Below are positions 11,560 through 20,684 of a stretch of DNA of 64,000 nt, one piece after another. Below the pieces are notes generated by a model. The model was given only the letters and a program-made list of their open reading frames with translations. It searched no databases and was not told the origin of the DNA. The DNA is taken from positions 32,001 to 96,000 of the forward strand of contig CBDEFO010000004.1 of the NCBI GenBank assembly GCA_965237525.1. Reading direction: 5' to 3'. Within the stretch, counting starts at the first letter, position 1; each line of letters starts with the position of its first letter. This DNA comes from Candidatus Latescibacterota bacterium (GTDB taxonomy: Bacteria; Latescibacterota; CBDEFO01). The translations under genes and the position numbers were made by a program.

Positions 11560-11678
11560 CTAATGCACAACCAAAATGATAGACTCGTTTGGGTTTTATA
11601 CGTGCTTTCTCCGCCGCAAAGCGCCAAGTTGCAGTAGTCTGGGGCCGTTCTGTTCATTGCTCTGGCGCAAGGTAGGCG

Positions 11679-12964
11679 CATACCGCTCCCCTTGACAGAG
11701 CGAAAATATTTCGCAAATTGGGGTTTGAGAAGGGAGGTCAAATTGTCAAGCCCCGAAGTGAAGGATGGTAAGCGCTGGACGGCGACCCGTAAGGTGGAGG
11801 TGGTGTTGGCTGTTTTGAAAGGGGCGAATGCATCAGAGGTATGTTGGAAGAATGGAATCAGCCAGTCACAGGCGTATGCCTGGCGTGATAGTTTCCTGGA
11901 AGGAGGCCAGGAGAGTCTGAAGTCTCGGCGTGGTCGCAAGGATCCGAAGGAGCGGGAGGTCAGCCGGTTGGAGCGTAAGGTAGGGCAGTTAACCCTCCAG
12001 TTGGAGATACTCGAGGAGGTAGCCCGTCTAAAAAAAACGAAGCGGTTGCCTTGAGTGGGCGGTTTTTGGGTCGAGGCTATTCCCACAAGGTGGTAGCTAT
12101 GGCTTTGGCTTTGCATCGTTCGACTCTGTATAGGCTCAGGTATAGAGGTGTCAGTTCTTCTGTCGAAGAGTCTGTGATAGATGAACAGCTTGCTTTTCGT
12201 GTTCGAGGGATACTCGACCAAGAAGAGGCATTTGGTCACAGGCGGGTTTGGGCGCATCTTCGTTTCAAGGAAGGGGAATGTGTCAACATCAAGAAGGTTC
12301 ATAGGATAATGAAGCTTAAGGGGTGGCAGTGTAAGCTGTGGAATCCCCGATAGAATCAATCGGGGACCCCGGGAGAAAGGGGCCACAGGTTGCCCAGAAG
12401 CGTTCTGTGATGGATCGTCCTGACAGTCTCTGGTCGGCTGACTTGACCAGGATCTATTGTGGGGAAGACGGTTGGTGTCCTCTTATTGCGGTGGTGGACA
12501 ACGGGAGTCGGGAGGTTCCCGGGTATCGTTTTAGTCGAAAAGGGAGGGCACTGGAGGCCACAGATGCCCTGGATCGGGCTGTGATCTCTCGATACACTTC
12601 CAAGGAAGTTGTCCCCCAGGGTCTCACTTTGCGCTCTGACAATGGTTCCATCTTTTTGGCTCGGGCCTATTTGGCGAGTACCGAATATTGGGGAATTCGT
12701 CAGGAATACATACCAAGTGGTAAGCCCGATTGGAACGGTGTTGTAGAGCGTTTTTTCAGGACCCTCAAGCAAGAGTGTGTTTGGCTTCACAAGTTTGAAT
12801 CCTTTGAACAGGCTGAGAAGATCATATCTCAGTGGATCGATAATTACAACAACAACAGGCTTCATTCATCCCTGGGATATAAGACCCCAGAAGAGTGGAG
12901 AAAACAATTCTAATCTACTACCCCAGGTTGCTTAATTGATGTCGCTTTCCAAGGGGGTAGTACA
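11679..12964 (+). mobile_element. IS3-family element, copy 1 (orfA about 11743..12054; orfB 12051..12913 split by a palindrome at 12344-12366)
   Basis: HTH orfA, A8 slippery run, rve core WSADLT/SDNGS/ERFFRTLKQE/HSSLGYKTP; imperfect TIRs. Confidence 0.9.
12344..12366. repeat. short palindrome in IS3 orfB (also 15204-15226 and 40226-40250)
   Basis: TCCCCGATAGAATCAATCGGGGA. Confidence 0.9.
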
Positions 12965-12977
12965 GAAAGGAGATGAC

Positions 12978-14237
12978 ATGCTGTCGATCAGATCAAACGT
13001 AGCCTGGAAGGTAGGTGCGGTCTGTGCGCTGTTGATCGGCATGGCCGCGGCGTGCGGCGATGATTCGGTTAGCGGTCCTGAGCCGACCCCGGACGCCGCC
13101 ACCCCGCTGAAGATCGGTCTGCTGCTGCATTTCAGCGAGGGATCGATCGAGTTGGCCGTCGTTTGGCGGCGGGCCTTCGAGCTGGCGATCAAGCACATCA
13201 ACGGAGGAGGAGGCGTGTTTGGGCGGCCGGTTGAGGTGCTCGTGGAAGATTCCACCCTCGACCCCGTGGCGGACGTGGCGCGGCGCATGATCGAGGTCGA
13301 GGGTGTTCACGTCATCGTTGGCCCCATCACCAGCGCGGATGCGCTCCTTGTCGCGGAGCAAGTGACCGGCTCTGCGAGCATACCCACCATTAGCCCTTCG
13401 GCCACCTCCCCAAGGCTCACGGAGGCTGCGGATCACGACTTCCTCTTCCGTACCGCTCTATCCGACAACGCCCAGGGGCCCGTCCTCGCACGCGTCACGC
13501 GAGAGCGAGGCTTCACCAACGTCGGCGTAGTCTACCGCGATGATGCCTGGGGGCAGGGCCTCTCCAGGTCTTTTGAAGAGGCCTGGACAGGGCCTCTTCA
13601 GGTCGCCGCAATCGATCCCGGCCAGACTACTTTCCTCCCCCAGTTGCGGCAGACGGCGGGCGAGGAAGCCCAGGCCCTCGTCGTCATCACCTTCGAGGCG
13701 GAAGCTGTGACCCTTATCCGGGAGGCGATCGAGAACGGCCTGTACGACAAATTCACGTTCGGCGACGCCCTGAAGAGCCTTGAGTTGGTCAGAGCCATTG
13801 GGGGCGAGCACCTCGGAGGCATGTACGGCACGGCGGGGGCGACTGCCCCGGATAACGCGGCTTCAGCCGCATGGGATAGTTCATACATCGCGGAATACGG
13901 CGAACTACCGGTGTTCGTCTACGTCAAGGAGGCCTATGACGCCACTGTCGCGCTCGCACTCGCGGCCCAGGCCGCCGGCAGCGTCGACGGGGCCGCCATC
14001 CGCGACCGGCTGCGCGCCATCGGCGGCGAGCCGGGCGAGGTCGTGATCGCTGGTCCGGAAGGTGTTGCCTCCGCTCTTCGCATCCTCGCGGAGGGCGGGG
14101 AGGTCGACTACGAGGGCGCCGCCGTCACGCTGGACTGGGATGAGAACGGCGACCTGAGCCGCGGCCATATCGGCATCTGGCGTTTCACCGAAGATGAGCA
14201 GATCGAAGACCTCGAGGCGGTCGCGTTCGAGTATTAG
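12978..14237 (+). CDS. branched-chain amino-acid type ABC substrate-binding lipoprotein (high GC, orphan)
   Basis: lipobox MAAAC; LKIGLL, INGGGGVFGRPVE, ISPSATSP, FLFRT. Confidence 0.88.
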   Translation: MLSIRSNVAWKVGAVCALLIGMAAACGDDSVSGPEPTPDAATPLKIGLLLHFSEGSIELAVVWRRAFELAIKHINGGGGVFGRPVEVLVEDSTLDPVADVARRMIEVEGVHVIVGPITSADALLVAEQVTGSASIPTISPSATSPRLTEAADHDFLFRTALSDNAQGPVLARVTRERGFTNVGVVYRDDAWGQGLSRSFEEAWTGPLQVAAIDPGQTTFLPQLRQTAGEEAQALVVITFEAEAVTLIREAIENGLYDKFTFGDALKSLELVRAIGGEHLGGMYGTAGATAPDNAASAAWDSSYIAEYGELPVFVYVKEAYDATVALALAAQAAGSVDGAAIRDRLRAIGGEPGEVVIAGPEGVASALRILAEGGEVDYEGAAVTLDWDENGDLSRGHIGIWRFTEDEQIEDLEAVAFEY

Positions 14238-14242
14238 ACCCA

Positions 14243-14505
14243 CGACCACCATTAACGAGTTCGACGTTGAGCAGGCTGCGCTTGGCTGGCTGCAGGGCCT
14301 CGGCTGGCGTGTGGCCCAGGGGCCGGACATTGCCTCGGAGCGTGCCGACTACGGGGCGGTGGTGCTGGAGCGGCGGCGGGGCGCGCCTCCCGCCCGGCTC
14401 AACCCGGGAGCTGCCCGCCGAGGCGTTGGAGGACGTCTTGCGCAGGCTGACCAGACCGGAAGGACCGACCCTGCAACCGCGCCTTCCACCGGATGCTGGT
14501 GGAGC
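14243..14505 (+). pseudogene. hsdR: frameshifted N-terminal fragment of type I restriction subunit R
   Basis: EFDVEQAALGWLQGLGW...ERADYGAVVLERR...LNP.LPAEALED...RAFHRMLV across shifted frames. Confidence 0.7.
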
Positions 14506-14544
14506 GCCCGTCACAGATGAACAGGGAAGAGGGAAGAAGGGAAA

Positions 14545-15732
14545 CATACCGCTCCCCTTGACAGAGCGAAAATATTTCGCAAATTGGGGTTTGAGAAGGG
14601 AGGTCAAATTGTCAAGCCCCGAAGTGAAAGATGGTAAGCGCTGGACGGCGACCCGTAAGGTAGAGGTGGTGTTGGCTGTTTTGAAAGGAGCGAATGTATC
14701 AGAGGTGTGTCGGAAGAATGGAATTAGCCAGTCACAGGCGTATGCCTGGCGTGATAGTTTCTTAGAAAGAGGCCAGGAGAGTCTGAAGTCTCGGCGTGGT
14801 CGCAAGGATCCGAAGGAGCGGGAGGTCAGCCGGTTGGAGCGTAAGGTAGGGCAGTTAACCCTCCAGTTGGAGATACTTGAGGAGGTAGCCCGTCTAAAAA
14901 AAACGAAGCGGTTGCCTTGAGTGGGCGGTTTTTGGGTCGAGGCTATTCCCGTAAGGTGGTAGCTTTGGCTTTGCATCGTTCGACTCTGTATAGGCTCAGG
15001 GATAGAGGTGTCAGTTCTTCTGTCAAAGAGCCTGTGATAGATGAACAGCTTGCTTTTCGTGTTCGAGGGATACTCGACCAAGAAGAGGCATTTGGTCACA
15101 GGCGGGTTTGGGCGCATCTTCGTTTCAAGGAAGGGGCATGTGTTAACATCAAGAAGGTTCATAGGATAATGAAGCTTAAGGGGTGGCAGTGTAAGCTGTG
15201 GAATCCCCGATAGAATCAATCGGGGACCCCGGGAGAAAGGGGTCACAGGTTGTCCAGAAGCGTTCTGTGATGGATCATCCTGACAGTCTCTGGTCGGCTG
15301 ACTTGACCAAGATCTATTGTGGAAAAGACGGTTGGTGTCCTCTTATTGTGGTGGTGGACAACGGGAGTCGGGAGGTTGCCGGGTATCGTTTTAGTCGAAG
15401 AGGGAGCGCACTGGAGGCCACAGATGCCCTGGATCGGGCCGTGATCTCTCGATACACCTCCAAGGAGGCTGTCCCCCAGGGTCTCACTTTGCGCTCTGAC
15501 AACGGCTCGATCTTTTTGGCTCGGACCTATTTGGCCAGTACCGAATATTGGGGAATTCGTCAGGAGTACATACCAAGTGGTAAGCCCGATTGGAACGGTG
15601 TTGTAGAGCGTTTTTTCAGGACCCTCAAGCAAGAGTGTGTTTGGCTTCACAATCTTGGATCCCTTGAACAGGCTGAGAAGATCATATCTCAGTGGATCGA
15701 TAATTACAACAAGAACAGGCTTCATTCATCCC
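14545..15732 (+). mobile_element. IS3-family element, copy 2, right end missing
   Basis: identity to copy 1 stops at CATTCATCCC, next to a nested palindrome. Confidence 0.9.
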
Positions 15733-15768
15733 GCCGCCGAATGATTCTATCGGGGGTTCAATCGGGGA
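15733..15768. repeat. degenerate nested short palindrome at the IS3 truncation point
   Basis: gccgccgaatgattctatcggggg-ttcaatcgggga. Confidence 0.7.
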
Positions 15769-15926
15769 CTCAAGAGAAGGGAGAAGGTGTCCCTGTATAC
15801 CGGGCGAACACGTGGAGAAAGCATTCATCTGTTGTAGGGGCAGACCCGTGTGTCTGCCCTGAAATGATGACTACAATGTGAGGAGGAACCCTTCCTTGAT
15901 TCCTTGAACCGAAAGGAGCACCAGAT

Positions 15927-16934
15927 ATGAGCGCATTTTCAAAGTGGGAAATACTAATCGAAAAGGCAGAAACGTTCCGCAAACAAGTTCAGTATGAGAA
16001 AGCAGTTAAGGTTGGCAAAGAGGCTTTGAAAGTAGCTGAGAACACTTTCGGTCCAGACCATCCCGATGTGGCGACCTCCCTGAACGGTCTGGCGGGACTT
16101 TATGTGGCTCAGGGCAAGTATGCCGAGGCTGAACCCCCTTTCAAGCAGGCACTGGCAATAAGGGAAGAAGTCCTTGGCAAAGACCATCCCGATGTGGCGA
16201 CCTCATTGAACGATCTGGCGGTACTTTACAGAGTTCAAGGCAAGTATGACGAGGCTGAACCCCTATTCAAGCGGTCACTGGCAATAAGGGAAGAAGTCCT
16301 TGGCAAAGACCACCCCGATGTGGCGGGCTCACTGAACAATCTGGCGGTACTTTATGGTTCTCAGGGCAAGTATGACGAGGCTGAACCCCTATTCAAGCGG
16401 TCACTGGCAATAAGGGAAGAAGTCCTTGGCAAAGACCATCCCGATGTGGCGACCTCATTGAACGATCTGGCGGTACTTTATGCTTCTCAGGGCAAGTATG
16501 CCGAGGCTGAACCCCTTTTCAAGCGGGCACTGGCAATAAGGGAAGAAGTCCTTGGCAAAGACCATCCCGATGTGGCGACCTCCCTGAACAGTCTGGGGTT
16601 ACTTTACAGAGATCAGGGCAAGTATGCCGAGGCTGAACCCCTTTTCAAGCGGGCACTGGCAATAAGGGAAGAAGTCCTTGGCAAAGACCATCCCGATGTG
16701 GCGACCTCCCTGAACGGTCTGGCGGGACTTTATGTGGCTCAGGGCAAGTATGCCGAGGCTGAACCCCTTTACAAGCGGTCACTGGCAATAAAGGAAAAAG
16801 CCCTTGGGCCAGATCACCCCGATGTGGCTACTGTGTTGGAGAATATGGCGGAACTTTACAGAGATCTTGGTAAAGAAGATGAAGCCAAGAGGTTGGCCGA
16901 ACGTGCGAGAAGAATTCGTTCAAGAAACCAGTGA
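15927..16934 (+). CDS. 42-aa TPR repeat protein (6 repeats plus cap), no signal peptide
   Basis: 126-bp tandem units encoding HPDVATSLNxLAxLYxxQGKYxEAEPLFKRxLAIREEVLGKD. Confidence 0.93.
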   Translation: MSAFSKWEILIEKAETFRKQVQYEKAVKVGKEALKVAENTFGPDHPDVATSLNGLAGLYVAQGKYAEAEPPFKQALAIREEVLGKDHPDVATSLNDLAVLYRVQGKYDEAEPLFKRSLAIREEVLGKDHPDVAGSLNNLAVLYGSQGKYDEAEPLFKRSLAIREEVLGKDHPDVATSLNDLAVLYASQGKYAEAEPLFKRALAIREEVLGKDHPDVATSLNSLGLLYRDQGKYAEAEPLFKRALAIREEVLGKDHPDVATSLNGLAGLYVAQGKYAEAEPLYKRSLAIKEKALGPDHPDVATVLENMAELYRDLGKEDEAKRLAERARRIRSRNQ

Positions 16935-16988
16935 TGGCAATATGGCACAAATTCACCTTCGGAGAATTTCCATTTTACGGATAGCGCA

Positions 16989-17997
16989 ATGGCAAGGATA
17001 AGGGACATCGGAATAAAGATAGGCGACCTTGAAACGGGAGAACTCAACTCCATCTCTGACGTCGAGGGCACGAAAGCAGGGCACGTTGACATAGGTCATG
17101 ACGGAACGCCCTTAAGGACCGGAATAACTGCCGTAGTGCCCCCTCGACAGGAGAAGAGAAGAAAACTCTTCATCGGTAGATAAGGCGTCAAAGACTGGGA
17201 CGGAATGACAGGCTTGAGCGTAGCTGAGGACTTTGGGACGTTCTCATCTCCCGTAGTTTTGACGAGTGCTGCAAGCGTGGGCTGCCCATAGACGCCGGAT
17301 GGCCACCCGTCGTGATAGGCCTGGACGATTCCTATCTGAACGACCCTGAAAAGGAAAGAGAGATAAAGGAGGACATCCTCTTTGAATGCTTCCAGAAAGC
17401 GCAAGGAGAAAAAGTGGAAGAGGGAAACGTGGGAATCGGAAGAGGACTGTGCGCCTTCGGACTAAAAGTTGGAATCGGGCAATCGTCCAGAAAAGTCCAG
17501 GGCTACGCCGTAGGCATCCTTGTAGCGTCCAACGGAGGAATCAGGAGGAGCCTGACTGTGGATGGAGTTCCGGTCGGAAGACATCTCTCTGCGCCCCAGC
17601 CACAGGGCATGCTCACAAGGTCAATCGTGGCAGTAACCGCCACAGACGCCCCTTTGACCCCAAAGCCAGTTGGACCACCTTTCGGAGATGACCGGAGCAG
17701 GTTTGATAAAAACGGGGTTCATAGACGCTCATATAGACCAGGGATTGATAGTTTCTTTTTCCACTTCAAATTCCATAGACGCTCCCTTCGAGAATCAAAA
17801 GACCTACAGAATCAGATCTGTTCCCCAAGGAAGACCTCTATCCTCTCTTCGACGCTGCCATAGAAGCTGCTCAAGAGGCCGGATTGAACTCACTTACCAC
17901 ATCGAAAAGTGCAGAAGGCAAGGACGGACGAAGGATAGAGGCGATACCCCAAGATCAGCTCGTCGCAATAATGCGAATATACAAGGGGATCGACTGA
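16989..17997 (+). pseudogene. DmpA/P1 (S58) peptidase family, broken
   Basis: GELNSISDVEG...RTGITAV; TAA at 17181, 49-bp deletion relative to the second copy, further frameshifts. Confidence 0.85.
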
Positions 17998-18022
17998 TCA
18001 TGCCCGAACCATTTCTTTCAAC

Positions 18023-18238
18023 TTATCTATCTGCTCTTGCCTTCCCAGAACGATGAGCATATCTCCTTCCTTCAACTCTTATCGATTCGACTATACCCAG
18101 TTGATGCGCCTCGATCCCCATCCGTTCTACGGCGTAGTTGTTGAATATAGGGACGTGTATCCCGGTTAACGTAAACGAGAGCGCAAATACCGAAATAGCA
18201 AGCAAGATAAAGTTTCGTCTGATCTGGTCCGAATTCAA
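18023..18238 (-). pseudogene. N-terminal fragment of an MFS transporter
   Basis: one TM helix plus IFNNY...QLGIVESIR, then loss of homology. Confidence 0.6.
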
Positions 18239-18394
18239 GGCTACCTATTCTTCGAATAGACAAAAAATGTTGATGTTGAGAATATAATTGGTTATACTAA
18301 AAGGCGACATTAAACTTAGCAATATAGAAGAGTAATGTCAAGCTTAAACACCTTTTGTCCTTACAATTTCAGTTTGGGGAATATGAGATTGCTT

Positions 18395-18418
18395 CCCCCC
18401 GATTGAATCTATGGGGGA
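18395..18418. repeat. short palindrome, reverse orientation, after GAGATTGCTT
   Basis: ccccccgattgaatctatggggga. Confidence 0.75.
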
Positions 18419-18572
18419 CTCAAGGGAAGGGAAGAGGTGGGCCTGTATACTGGGCGAATACGCGAGTTGCCCCCTACATTCATCAGTTGTAGGGGCAGAC
18501 CCGTGTGTCTGCCCTGAAATAAGGTTACAGTTGTGAGCTCAGTATATCAGTGAGCCGAAAGGAGCACCAGAA

Positions 18573-20021
18573 ATGAGAGTATTTTCAAAAGTTTTCGTCA
18601 TTGCATCCCTATGCTTATCGTTTGCCGCAACTGCTTTTTCCCAAGAAACGTTATGGGAAATACTAATCGAAAAGGAAGAAACGTTCCGCGAACAAGGTCA
18701 GTATGAGAAAGCAGTTAAGGTTGCTAAAAAGGCTTTGAAAGTAGCTGAGGAAACTTTCGGTTCAGACCACCCCAATGTGGCGACCTCCCTGAACGGTCTG
18801 GGGTTACTTTATTATTTCCAGGGCAAGTATGACGAGGCTGAGCCACTTTATGAGCGGTCACTGGCAATAGACGAGAAAGCCCTTGGCAAAGACCATCCCA
18901 GTGTGGCGACCATCCTGAACAATCTGGCGGGACTTTACCAAGATCAGGGAAATTATGTGGTGGCTGAGCCACTTTATGAGCGGTCACTGGCAATAAGGGA
19001 AGAAGCTCTTGGGAAAGACCATCCCAGTGTGGCGACCACCCTGAACAATCTGGCGGGACTTTACCAAGATCAGGGAAATTATGTGGTGGCTGAGCCACTT
19101 TATGAGCGGTCACTGGCAATAGACGAGAAAGTCCTTGGCAAAGACCATCCCAGTGTGGCGACCACCCTGAACAATCTGGCGGCACTTTACAGAGATCAGG
19201 GCAAGTATGCCGAGGCTGAGCCCCTTTACAAACGGGCACTGGCAATAAGGGAAAAAGCCCTCGGAAAAGACCATCCCGCTGTGGCGACCTCCCTGAACGG
19301 TCTGGGGTTACTTTACAGAGATCAGGGCAAGGATGCCGAGGCTGAGCCCCTTCACAAGCGGGCACTGGCAATATGCGAGAAAGCCCTTGGAAACGATCAC
19401 CCCCACGTGGCGGCCTCCCTGAATAATCTGGCGTTGCTTTATAAGATTCAGGGCAAGTATGTCGAGGCTGAACCCCTTTACAAGGGGGCACTGGCAATAT
19501 ACGAGAAAGCCCTTGGGCCAGATCACCCCGATATGGCGACCTCCCTGGACAATCTGGCGTTACTTTATCATTATCAGGGCAAGTATGTCGAGGCTGAGCC
19601 CCTTCACAAGCGGGCACTGGCAATATACGAGAAAGCCCTTGGAAAAGACCATCCCAGTGTGGCGGGATCCCTGAACAATCTGGCGTTGCTTTATAAGATT
19701 CAGGGCAAGTATGTCGAGGCTGAACCCCTTCACAAGCGGGCACTGGCAATATACGAGAAAGCCCTTGGAAAAGACCATCCCAGTGTGGCGGGATCCCTGA
19801 ACAATCTGGCGGGACTTTATGATAGTCAGGGCAAGTATGACGAGGCTGAGCCCCTTTACAGGCGGTCACTGGCAATAAAGGAAAAAGCCCTTGGGCCAGA
19901 TCACCCCGATGTGGCTACTGTGTTGGAGAATATGGTGGAACTTTACAGAGATCTTGGTAAAGAAGATGAAGCCAAGAGGTTGGCCGAACGTGCAAAGGGA
20001 ATTCGTTTAAGAAACCAGTAA
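18573..20021 (+). CDS. secreted 42-aa TPR repeat protein (9 repeats plus cap)
   Basis: signal peptide MRVFSKVFVIASLCLSFAATAFS; 126-bp repeats; paralog of 15927..16934. Confidence 0.93.
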   Translation: MRVFSKVFVIASLCLSFAATAFSQETLWEILIEKEETFREQGQYEKAVKVAKKALKVAEETFGSDHPNVATSLNGLGLLYYFQGKYDEAEPLYERSLAIDEKALGKDHPSVATILNNLAGLYQDQGNYVVAEPLYERSLAIREEALGKDHPSVATTLNNLAGLYQDQGNYVVAEPLYERSLAIDEKVLGKDHPSVATTLNNLAALYRDQGKYAEAEPLYKRALAIREKALGKDHPAVATSLNGLGLLYRDQGKDAEAEPLHKRALAICEKALGNDHPHVAASLNNLALLYKIQGKYVEAEPLYKGALAIYEKALGPDHPDMATSLDNLALLYHYQGKYVEAEPLHKRALAIYEKALGKDHPSVAGSLNNLALLYKIQGKYVEAEPLHKRALAIYEKALGKDHPSVAGSLNNLAGLYDSQGKYDEAEPLYRRSLAIKEKALGPDHPDVATVLENMVELYRDLGKEDEAKRLAERAKGIRLRNQ

Positions 20022-20075
20022 TAGAGGTAACGCACGAATAAGACTTCGGAGAATTTACATTTTACGGATAGCGCA

Positions 20076-20642
20076 ATGGCAAGGACAAGGGACATCGGCA
20101 TAAAAATAGGCGACCTTGAAACGGGAGAACTCAACTCCATCTCTGACGTCGAGGGCACGAAAGCAGGGCACGTTGACATAGGTCATGACGGAACGCCCTT
20201 AAGGACCGGAATAACTGCCGTAGTGCCCCCTCGACAGGGGAAGAGGAGAAAACTCTTCATCGGAAGATACGGCGTCAAAGACCGGGACGGAATGACAGGC
20301 TTGAGCGTAGCTGAGGACTTCGGGAGGTTCTCGTCTCCCGTAGTTTTGACGAGTGCTGCAAGCGTGGGCGTCGTCTATAACGCCTGCATAACCTACGGAC
20401 ACAAAAGAGACCGTGGGCTGCCCATAGACGCCGGATGGCCACCCGTCGTGATAGGCCTGGACGATTCCTATCTGAATGACCCTGAAAAGGAAAGAGAGAT
20501 AAAGGAGGACATCCTCTTTGAATGCTTCCAGAAAGCGCAAGGAGAAAAAGTGGAAGAGGGAGACGCGGGAATCGGAAGAGGACTGTGGGCTTTCTCCTAT
20601 AAAGTGTTACGGAGACTTCGAGAATGTACGATTCGACCTTGA
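20076..20642 (+). pseudogene. second DmpA/P1 peptidase copy, 3'-truncated near 20590
   Basis: near-identical to 16989 onward, diverges after GIGRGL. Confidence 0.85.
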
Positions 20643-20684
20643 GTCCAAAAGGATGATCGCGGTGGCAAAGAAGGTATACTGCTA

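Noticed and set aside
18724..19875. 383-aa Cys/Pro-rich repeat ORF on the minus strand
   Set aside because: Antisense shadow of the TPR repeats.
15927..20021. Diversity-generating retroelement acting on the TPR genes
   Set aside because: No reverse transcriptase or template repeat in the window, and changes are not adenine-specific.
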